Part shown: piece by piece, positions 41,211 through 53,390 of the stretch
How positions within the stretch are numbered: the stretch's first letter is position 1
Layout of the letters: each line of letters opens with the position of its first letter
NCBI RefSeq assembly: GCF_009914755.1
Contig: NC_060925.1
From: the human T2T-CHM13v2.0 reference genome, Homo sapiens
Length of the DNA: 64,000 nt
Reading direction: 5' to 3' (one strand)
Made by a program: the position numbers and the translations under genes
Notes under the pieces: generated by a model
The model's input: the letters and a program-made list of their open reading frames with translations, nothing else
The model's database searches: none
Told to the model about the DNA's origin: nothing

Positions 41211-41694
41211 TGTGGTATTTAGCTCCTATGAGGGAACCTAATGTCCCTGCCTCCCTGTATTAACTCCTGTGTGTATGCTCCTCTGGCATTGCACTAGAGT
41301 TTGCATGGATGACCAACAGAGTATGATAGGGAAGATAAAAAGTCACATCCAAGATTAGGTGATACAAAGTCATGGTATCTTTTATTACCCAACATCACAA
41401 TGTGCACGCCCTGGGGAAGCCAGCTGCCATGCCTTGAAAACACTCAGAGTCTCCCTTGGAGTGGTCCACGTGCCAACAGCCTCTCTTGGAATCAGATTAT
41501 CCAGCCCCAGTCAAAGCTTCACATGATACAATCCCAGTTCAAGTGAAACTTCCTGAGACAACCTGAGACAAAACCAGCCAATGATGTGGGTCCCAGATTA
41601 CTGACCCTCCGAAACAGAGAGATAATAAATGTGTGTTGTGTGAAGCCACTACATTTTGGCATAATTTGTTACTAAGTAATAGATAACTAATATA
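41211..41694 (+). mobile_element. MLT1F-like MaLR solo LTR
   Basis: ctggggaagccagctgccatg...tccagccccagtcaaagctt...gagataataaatgtgtgttg...aagccactacattttgg...aatagataactaata. Confidence 0.8.
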
Positions 41695-44225
41695 AAAGAT
41701 AACAGTGCAACATCTCAGTGTTCTGTAATAGTCAAAAAGAGCAGTATAAGCTTTATTTTTTAATTTTAAAAATTTCGTTAGTGTAAATATCAAAGGAAAT
41801 ATCTAAAAGATAACAAAGTGTTATCTGTAGAGGAGATTCTACATCTGTGGACAGAAGAAGCAGATGGCTATGATTTTTTGTTAGAATTCTTTTTTATAAA
41901 CTACTACTATAATTTTTTAATGTTCATTTTAATGAAAACTAGATGTGTGATTTAATAGTAAATGGATGTTTATTTACTACAGAAAATGTAGTTATTCCAT
42001 GAAATGACTGTGTTTAAACTCTTAGTTTTGATAATTTTTTTAGTCCTTACTAGAGTAAGAACTAACAAGAAATCCACATAAACATTAAAGAAATAAAGTA
42101 AAAATAACCAGATCTTTCTAGCTATATCTGACACAAAGTAGGTGTTCAATAGCTGCTAAATAATAGTTGTGTCTTCACCATTAATATTATTATACATTTT
42201 GCATTATATAAAGTAACGCTTGATTCCTCATCCAACTGGCTAAAAGGGAGATGAAAACAGAGTTTAATTCTGGAAGAATTGACTAAGGTAATTTTTAATT
42301 TTTTTGTTAATTGTGTTATCAAGACAAGCCATTCATTTTTTTTCTTTTTTCATTTTTCAATCACTTAGGCCACTGTTTCCTTTCATCAGCATAGGTAATT
42401 GAGCTGACTTCATGTTTGGTTGAACCAGAAGCAGGGACCTAACAGAATGAATTATAATCTATCTCTCCGATACTTGCCAAAACAATGAACTGATCTCCTG
42501 CCTCCCTATTGAACAATGCAGCTCTGAGGCTGTTTTGGATAACAAAATACAAATTCCATAGTTCACTTCAGAAGTGACTCCTTAATACTGTTTAATAATA
42601 ATAGCAACCATATGACTTTTAAGCACTCCAACTGGAACATTACATCCCAAGCCAGTTTATAGGTTGACCTCAAAGATAAACAGTGTATACTTTCACATGC
42701 AGTGTAAGTCAAGAATACCAGGTAGATACTTCTGTTCAAACTATCACCTCTCATACCTACCAATATCTCTGATATTTCATTATTAAAAGGTATATTGACA
42801 GGGGAAATTGTTTAAGGTTTTTGTAAGATACACATATTCCTAGGAATGACACTCTTTTAAGATAAGGGTCTTCATGCTTCAAAATTCTATGATCACTGCT
42901 AAAGAAAGAAGGTACTAATGGTAAAAGCAGTGACTGATCTTCTGTGAGAAGATCTTGAACTAGCTCTAACTGGATATATACATGGGGTCCAGAGATCTTT
43001 TCAAAAACACAAATAACCAAATGCCACCCCATCTTGTATTATTATTTATTAGATCTTGGATATTCACCATATGTCATTTCCCTCACCCCTCCCAGAAAAG
43101 TTCCCCAGTTAACCAGTCAGGGTTAGCTATGATGAAAAAAATATTTAATATCAACTGAGCTATCAGGATCAACTGATTGATAACCTAGGAAATGATACAC
43201 ATGCACGCAAATTAAAATCATGCCTCCATTAAGAAGCCTCTTCTAATACCATGTATCATTCTCACCTAATAAATCCTAATTATTTAAAGTGCCACACAGC
43301 TTTGGAAGACAAAGCAAGTAATTCAAGAAAACTTCATAATTTGGAGATACTATGTTCTCTTTATTCCCACAGTGACATTTCTTAACTTGAAATTAAGTAG
43401 TGCTGAGGCTCTATAGCTTTCCCAAAATGATAGATGTTACCCTTGAAGGGAAGAGACCATGCTTGTTTGCCTCCTCTGCTTCCAAAGGCACGATTAAAAT
43501 AAACAGTTAGGATCAAGAATGGCATTCTGTGATCTCTTGGATCTTTCTCCCTTGGCTTTGCAGAGCATGAGAAATCTAAACATTCTGCTGCTTAGTATAT
43601 TGCAGATGATGAGTGCCACCACCAAGATTCAGACTTACCCCCAAACTCCTAAATGGATCCTCTTTTTCTTCTCTTTATCCAAGAGTCACCCAAGCAAGAA
43701 GGCGGGAGTAAAGAGTGTTCTTACCCACAAACTCTTCAATTATCTTCCTTCCTTTACTCTCCAGACTTCTTTAAATAGATAAGAAGTAGGGTGTTGGAAG
43801 AGAATACAGGAACTTTCTATTGGAACGTATCCACTTTCATATCTACGGGCTGTAAGTTTATATCTTTTCCCTGAGGGAAAAAAAATACCTACAGAAATCT
43901 TAAGTTTATGCTTTCTTGAGTTTAGAAGCTACCAAGTGGATTGGCATTGAACAAATTGCTTACATTTTCTATAATTCAGCTTCCACATCTGTAAGGGTCA
44001 TAGACTTAATGATCTCAAACAACTCTATTAATTTCCCAAATATTTTGTTCCAAAATTCATCTGACTCTCTGGCCATGTCATACCTACGTTGTATGTTTTA
44101 AAGATTCATTTTGGCAAGCTGAAGCCAGAGGAAGTGCACTGAAATGGGTCAAGCACTGGTGGTTGTCTTTGAAGAGACAAATTTGCTGTTAGAAGAATAA
44201 ACTCTTGGATGTTAACTTGCATTGA

Positions 44226-44578
<353 letters not shown>

Positions 44579-44728
44579 TCTGGTGGAGATCTTATATCCC
44601 AATTTAAAAATTTATCTGTTTGGATGCCTTTATTCTTCCTTTTTTCCTTCCCTCCCTCCTTCCTTCCTTTCTTTCTTGTTCTTGTTGCATATTGGGTGTC
44701 CATACATGACGCTCTTATTTGTTAGTTA

Positions 44729-45192
44729 TTGTATTTGCCACCCATTGCTATATAACAAACTAGCTCACACTCTGTGGCTTTCAGCAATAGTCATTTAATT
44801 TTACTCAATAGCCTACAGATTGGCTTCACAATTTTTCTGGTCTGGTTCAGGCTGACTCATGAGTCAGCTGAAAGCTGGTAGGTGGCTTTATTATGTTTGT
44901 TTGGGCTCTAATACATTTTGGGGCCAGTTTGGACTTGCTTTCATGGTTGTAGCAAGGATTTAAAAAGAAAGTAGAATAATGAATAATGTCAGTCATCTTA
45001 TGGCCTGTAACAGAACTGACATAACATCACTTCTCCACTTTTATTGTACAAAGCAAGTCTCAAGGCCTGCCCAGATTCAAGGCATAGATAGACAGACTCC
45101 ACCTTCTCATGGGAGGAACTTCAAAGTCACATTGCAAGGGGCATGAATACAAAGAGAGAACAAATTGAAGCCATTTTGACAGTCAATTTATT
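44729..45192 (-). mobile_element. MLT1 MaLR solo LTR
   Basis: attgctatataacaaactag...aaagcaagtctcaaggcctgcccagattcaagg...actccaccttctcatgggagg...aaagtcacattgcaagggg. Confidence 0.75.
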
Positions 45193-45224
45193 AGAGTTAC
45201 TTAATCATTTTTAAAAAGAAAATA

Positions 45225-45580
45225 AATACATGAGAATCCACCACCTAAAGGAACAACTAGACCTTTGGCAACACTTAAATGTAATAATATACTTTCCTCA
45301 TCATATCACTGCCCTTCTTCCCAACTCAAACCATCATCTGAATCACATGATCATCATTCACTTGCGTTTATTTTTACATATTTGTATTGCATATATAAAA
45401 GTTACTTTTTGGTTGTTTTTAATTTTTGCAGGTTTACCATGTGGTTTTCAATCTTTCAGAACTTTTCCCATTGAGTATTTTCCTACTAGCATTTGTCTAT
45501 ATGTAACTGTACATCCCTGTAATTCATTCATTTCAACTGCTATATAATATTCCAATGTGTGACTCCATTTCACCTTACTA
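45225..45580 (-). mobile_element. L1ME-type 3' relic
   Basis: gtaattcattcatttcaactgctatataatattcca. Confidence 0.45.
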
Positions 45581-46587
45581 TTTATTTTTTGACACGGTTC
45601 CCCTAAAATTTTCATTAAGATCTGTAAATCACCCTTAGTAACTTCAATATTTCAATGTGAAACACATCCTTGAATAAGGTCTTTTAATGAGGTAGTACCT
45701 GATTCTCTCAACAGTTATGTGAGCAAGACTCATATTTTCACTATCCATAAAAATATTCCCACAAAAACTAAGGTGGAATGAAGGCATTCATTGTGTCTCT
45801 CTTTCATTGAAAATAACAACAACAATAAGGGGAAAACAAATCAATTTCTAAACTCTTCAGCGATTTTTAACATTAGATTGTCTTTTGTTAGAAAAAGGAG
45901 TTACTTTTGCAATCTCTATTTGCTGATATGTGGCTTCAGACTTAAATAGCTTGGTATGTCTTTTAATGGGTTCTCCTCAATGAAAGCCCTATAGTTTGTA
46001 AACACTGTACTTATAAGTATACACCTAGGCACTGCTGTTTCAGAAATGACAGGCATTAAAGAGCTGCACTAACCTTCTGCCAGTTCAGGACCAGTTCCAG
46101 ACTATCTTATGTGCCAGTGGCCAGTGTGACTTAGTGGCTTGAATACACAGAATTCCAGATCTCTGCTATTGAAGAGTTAATCTTGCTAATCTTGGATACA
46201 GAACAAGGTCCCATTAGGCCCACTGATAAAATTGATTCGCTTTCTCCCTGCCTCATCTTGTTGAGGTTTTACAGGCTATCATATCAGCTATCATTATTGT
46301 AAACAGGACAGAGCTTTTGGTTCTTTGTTCCTTTTTCTGCCCCTCCTCCACCGTCACTATATTGACAGAAGCAGAATATGCTGCATGAAGTGAAGCACTT
46401 ATCTCTTCACAGACTTTTTACTGAGCAAAGTGTGTTTCATGTTCCTTGAGGCAGGTACTACTTCTCTAATTATAATTTTGCAATAACTAATGATGTTCTG
46501 TGTGTGGTGAGGGAAAAAAAAAAAGAGGTTTGGGGAAATTCAAAGAGCAGCTATAAGTAGACTGTATAAAATTGAGCAGTACACAGC

Positions 46588-46778
46588 TGTATTAATCAGG
46601 GTTCTCCAGAAAAAGAAAACCTAATAAATAGGATATATGTATGTATATATGTATATGAGGAGATTTATTATGGAAAATGGCTCGTGTGATTGCGCAGGCC
46701 AAAAGTCTTTATATGACACGGTATGCCATCTGCAAGCTGGAGAACCAGGAAAGCCACTGGTATAATTCAGTCTGAGTC
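46588..46778 (-). mobile_element. MLT2 (ERVL) LTR fragment
   Basis: tgtattaatcagggttctccaga...gagatttattatgga...ccatctgcaagctggagaaccaggaaagcc. Confidence 0.8.
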
Positions 46779-46789
46779 TCTTTACTTTT

Positions 46790-47590
46790 TTTAGAGGCAC
46801 TGTGGCTTCAGCCTAATTGGCCTTCCTTCAGTTCCTTGACATGAAATGCTCAGAGCTTTCAGAGGTGCTGCTTCATCTAACTGATGCTGTCCCCGAACTC
46901 CTCTCTCCCCTAGTCCCTCACACAATCCCTGTCGCAGTTAATTCCTACTCATCCTTCAGAACTCAGTTCAAAACTATTTCCTCATCATTTCCCTACCTGC
47001 CTAAGCTACATGCTCTCATAGTACCTTACCCTTTACCCTCTGTATTAGTTCATTCTTGCACCGCTAGAAAGAACTACCCGAGGCTGGGTAATTTATAAAG
47101 AAAAGAAGTTTAATTGGCTCATGGTTTCACAGCCTGTACAGGAAGCATGGCTAGGGAGGCCTCAGGAAACCTGCAGTCATGGCAGAACATGAAGAGAAAG
47201 CAAGCACAACTTCCATGGCCAGAGCAGGAGGAACAGAGAAAAGGGGGTGGTGCTACACACTTTCAAACAACTAGATCTTGTGATAACTCACTCACTATCA
47301 CGAGAATAGCACCAAAATGGAAATTGGCCCCCATGATCCAATCATCTCCCACCAGGTCCCTCCTCCAACATTAAGGATTACAATGAAATTTACGTGAGAT
47401 TTGGGCAAGGACACAGACCCAAAGAATGTTGCTCTCACTACACTACTATGCTTATAGTTAAATAATCACTAGTTTCATGTTAATCTCCTCAGCTAGAAAT
47501 TAAGCTGAGGGTATTGAACGTGTCTGTTTCTATTTACCTTCATGCTTTGCACATAGTAGTCATGCAATAAATGTTTACAGAATAAAGTAG
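46790..47590 (+). mobile_element. L2 3' region split by MSTA
   Basis: taattcctactcatccttcagaactcagttcaaa (left part); gcacatagtagtcatgcaataaatgttt (right part). Confidence 0.55.
47041..47430 (-). mobile_element. MSTA-like MaLR solo LTR
   Basis: tgtattagttcattcttgca...ggctgggtaatttataaagaaaagaagtttaattggctca...ggcctcaggaaac...catgatccaatcatctcccaccagg...gagatttgggcaaggacacaga. Confidence 0.88.
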
Positions 47591-49411
47591 TAAATGTACA
47601 TACACTAAATAATTTTATTAAAATTACAGGAGGTTTACAATTCCTAGTATCTAGACACTTTTCAATAAGAATCTCTGGTAATCATTAAATTCCTTTTCAG
47701 ATGAAAAAAATGACTATGTTTTGCACTGGAAACTTTAAAAAAAGATTTACAAAAAGATCAAAGAACAGGAGAATGTAAAAGAGAAAGGGGAATAAAAAAA
47801 ATAAAAGGGAGGCCTTTGGAGAATTGCTAAAAGTTGTATGCTTATGCCAACATTGACTTCAATTGCTTTCAGCAAAGAGAGGAAACTAATTAGTAGAATA
47901 ATCTTTGTTTCCCAGTTTGAAAGATTACTGTGATTGCTTTCCTCCAGTACCATGCCAGGCCTTAATGGTTTTAAAGATTAATTGACAGCATGTGAAAGCC
48001 AACTAGCTAATGGCTGCATGTCACCTAAGTGCCCTGAAGAATGTGTGTTCACAGCGCTCAGGTAGTGAGGACTCATGCATTTGTTTACAGTGTTTTGTTC
48101 ATTGCTGTGTGTCTTCTGCATATCTGTTCCTATTATATAGACTGCTAACTATGTGTCAGTAGCTCCTCATAGCTACTTTGTAAATTAACATTTTTTTTAT
48201 GTTTAGTAGTAAGAATCTTACCTATACCAATTAAAATTCCTAGCACTTCAATAATTATTATAACATCTTCTTACATATAACATGTATTTTGAGATGTTAC
48301 ATATAACATCTCATGTCTAAATTTTGTTTATGGTGAATTTTAAAATGAAGATTAATTATGTGAAAACCTATCTATTCAGAGTTCTATGAAATAGACAAAG
48401 CACTTGATCTCAAAATGTTTCCTTTATAGAAAAAAATAAAAAAAAAAAACACAGACCATTCTAGCCACAGATCAGTAAAAGTTGTTTTGAGTTTAAAGCA
48501 ACTTCTTTGCTACAGACATCATAAATTCTTTTACATTCATTTCTTTTCCCCCAATTATAAGGATGTGAAACACACAATTGCTTCTCAAATCTATTAAATT
48601 TGTAATACTTTATAGTAAATGTTTTGAATATTGACTCATCAGCTTCATATTGCGACCTTCATTTTTCTTTGCAACCCCAATTCATTATCAATTTTTTTAT
48701 CTCCTAATAAATGTATCCCTGGAAAATGCCTAAAATTATTTGGAGAACAACTGTAAATTTTTTAAATTAATACATCTATTAATTAATTAATCAATTATAA
48801 ATGCAAAATAATTTTCAATAATTAAATGCTCTCATTCTGTAGTGAAAAGAACCAAACCACATGGACAAACTCATCTATTTCCCAAATCCTATTTCCTCTG
48901 GTTTCCAGTTTTAATCAGAAAATATTCTGAGCTTTTAAAAAGGTCCCAGGACATGAAATAGTCATATGCAAATAACCATTGTAGCTGTTAATTTCAATAT
49001 GTCAAAATATTAGACTTACATCTCTCTATGGATATCAGCGTTTTAAAAAGAGGAATGACATCCCTGATTTCATTCTATTAAGACATTTAAAGTAAGCAAT
49101 CCCACACCGCTCTCTAATCACTCAACAGAGAAGAGGGTTTAGCTGTGCAGGCACAGACTGAAATCCTTGTTCCTCCTAGTGTAATTCACTGGAAATAGAA
49201 ATACTGGGCAGAGCAAGCATTGCCAACCAAGGCAAGCCTCTTTGAGAGATTTGCTGTTTCTTCATCCAACTAAGGAAGCTCTGCCTTGAACTTAACATTC
49301 ATGGTGTTTACCTGGCAACCACCTACACTTTCCTTAAATCTTTCTGTTGCATGTTGTTTGTACTTGCTACTGATTTTCTATGAAGCAATGTGTCTTGGCT
49401 GATCAGAATAG

Positions 49412-50250
<839 letters not shown>

Positions 50251-50579
50251 AGCAAGACTATTTTTTTAATTTTAGAAAGTTAAAAAAAATAGTTCCAGTA
50301 TAAACAAAGAGACTGATGTCAAAGATAATTTTGGAGAGTTTGAGCAAAGTTGTTTTGTGATATATGAAAAGAAAGAAAAGGCATACTTCTAAACAGATAT
50401 ATTTTATAAATAATATATAATTTATAATTAGTAAACATAACTAATTAATAAATTAGATTAAATATTTTTAAAAAGGAGTAATTTGTTTCTGCGTTGTCAC
50501 TCCAATCACTGCCCTATACAATGACTTCTGACACAGACCTATGCAACACAACAGAAAAATGGTGCACATCCACTAGATT

Positions 50580-50710
50580 GCTGAGTCTAAAGGAAAAAAC
50601 ATCTGGGCCCCAGCTGGTTCTACTGCTGGTGCCAACTGGCCATGATCTTCAGGCTATGTGAAGTTCTCTAGGTCTCAGTTTCCTTGCCTATAAATTAAGA
50701 GGGTTGGTCT
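50580..50710 (+). mobile_element. MIR fragment
   Basis: ctctaggtctcagtttccttgcctataaattaagagggttgg. Confidence 0.5.
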
Positions 50711-50719
50711 GCAGTAGGA

Positions 50720-50880
50720 GTCAGTTAACTTCGACGTGTATATAATTCTCTAGGAATCTTGTTAAAATGCAGTTTCTGATTCAATAGATCTTGGATGAGG
50801 ATAGCTTTAGGATTCTGCATTTTTAGCAGTCTTTTGGGGTGATGTTGATGTTGCTGATTTGTGAAGCACATTTGAATAGA
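50720..50880. mobile_element. MER5-like MITE
   Basis: cttgttaaaatgcagtttctgattcaatagatct...gattctgcatttttagcag...ggtgatgttgatgttgctg. Confidence 0.65.
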
Positions 50881-51755
50881 GAGAATCATTAAAAAAATTG
50901 TTGATTTCATTACACCATCTAATTTAAAGATGACATGTAAATAAATAGGAGAACTTCTTCCAATATTACTGTTGGGGGAAATAATTCACTTTAAAATTAT
51001 TGTATTCTTTGTGACTTTTAATTGTCCTCAGTGTCAAACAATTTCTCCCTCTTTCTAAAACTCCTTTGCCCTTGATAAAGAACAAAACTGATATGTATTG
51101 AATATCACGTGCCATGTGTGTACCTTTAGTATATATCGACAGATGATGAAATTGGTAGCAGAGCAATCCTACGACAAATCTGGATTCAAACCCAAGTCTT
51201 CTAATAGTGATATCTCTCAGGACTTCTGCCTAAAAGAATAAACTAGGGGACTCCAACAACATTGCTGTCATCCACACCTCAGTTGTATCATTGCTATGTT
51301 TTGAAGACCTAGAACAGCCATCTCACTCAGAAACAAAGGTTTTTAAAACACATGTAGAAGAAAACACAAGGAAGCAGAAATGTTCTGGTGGCCTACAGAC
51401 ATTCAGGGCTTAGAAAAAATGCCCTCCCCAGAAGTAATGGTGGTAATTAAAGATGCAGGCCTACCAGACTCCTGTGAACAATGGAAGATGTTCTAGAGGC
51501 CATTCCAGCAGAAGACTCAAAGCCAAGTCTCCATGTCATACACATTTAACTCTTACCCAACCACTTCTATGTCCCAACAAAAGCTTATTCCCATAAATAT
51601 TATTTAGGAAAGACATCAAATTATTAATAGTTCTCTTGATAAATTAAGAGTCACCATTTTACAATTATATAGATAGATGATAGTTTTCCAAATTTCTTCT
51701 AGCTAAAGTGCAGTTATAAAAGCATACAATTAATTATTTATAAAAGTCTCTTTTA

Positions 51756-52049
51756 GGCAGGGCATGGTGGCTCATGCCTATAACCCCAGCACTTTGGGAG
51801 GCCTAGGTGGGTGGATCACCTGAGGTCAGGAGTTCAAGACCAGCCTGGTCAACATGGTGAAACCCTGTCTCTACTGAAAATACAAAAATTCAATGGGCAT
51901 GGTGGCACGTGCCTGTAATCCCAGCTACTCAGAAGGCTGAGGCAGGAGAATTGCTTGAACCTGGGACGCGGAGGTTGCAGTGAGATGAGATTGAGACACT
52001 GCACTGCAGCCTGGGTGACAGAGTGAGACTTGTCTTAAAAAAAAAAAAA
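51756..52049 (+). mobile_element. AluS (Sx-like)
   Basis: Full dimer, ggatcacctgaggtcaggagttcaagacc, poly-A tail. Confidence 0.95.
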
Positions 52050-52468
52050 TCTTTTTCAGTGTAAAACTGCCATTCAACACATAACTTTAGTATTATTCCA
52101 ACATTATTCCTGAAGTAACTCCTACCTGCTCTTTGAGTTATAATTCTAATGCTATTGCTATCAGCTTTCTCTAAATTGACCTCTTACAAACTCCTGATAC
52201 CACAGTAACCTGTGTGTATTTGTGTAAAGCACAGGAGAAAACTTCCTTTTCCTGTCCTTTTTAACAAATTCTTTCTGAACATAGATTATACACAAGGCAA
52301 TGTGCTAGGTACTAGAAAACATGTATTGTTTTTCATTATTCACTATGTCCTAGGATATACATCTCATGTAATCCTCATATATAATCATGGTATAGAAGTG
52401 AATATCTTCATGTGGCAGATAAGGTACAGGTTTATCAAGGAAAGTGACTTTCTTAAGATCAATTTCTC

Positions 52469-52762
52469 GGCCGGGTGTAGTGGCTCACACCTGCAACCCC
52501 AGGACTTTGAGAAACCGAGATGGGATGATTAATTAAGGCCAGGAGTTCGAGACCAGTCTAGGCAACAAAGCAGGACAATATCTGTACAAAAACATTTTAA
52601 AAATTAGCTAGGCATAGGTGTGAGCCTGTAGCTCCAGCTACTTGGGAGGCTGAGGTAGAAGGATCCCTGTAGCCCAGGAGATCAAGGCTGCAGTGAGCTA
52701 TGATCACACCACGACATTCCAGCCTGGGCCGTAGAGCTAGACCCGGTCTCAAATTTTAAAAA
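52469..52762 (+). mobile_element. AluJ inserted in a MIR-like relic
   Basis: aggccaggagttcgagacc...gcccaggagatcaaggctgcagtgagctatgatc; degenerate TSD tcaat(t/c)tctc. Confidence 0.9.
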
Positions 52763-53077
52763 GTCAATCTCTCCACAGTAGCAGAGTGTGAAATCCTACC
52801 TGAATCTTCTAAACCAGATCTTTGTTCTTAAGCCATATACACTTTCCATTTCACACACTCAATTTTAGGATTTGGTACAATTATGGCATCTATGACAACT
52901 TTTGCCAAAAAGATTTTTCTCTGTTACTTCTATAGGTATGCAGGAAAGTGTCTGAGAACTCCAAGCAGCATGTGCTACTAGCAGTCTGAAACAGTCCACT
53001 TTTTCTTGGAGCTGTGCCACCAAACACAAATCCAGGGACTATGCATTCTCTGCATTTGGCATAAAACAGAGGAATAT

Positions 53078-53390
<313 letters not shown>

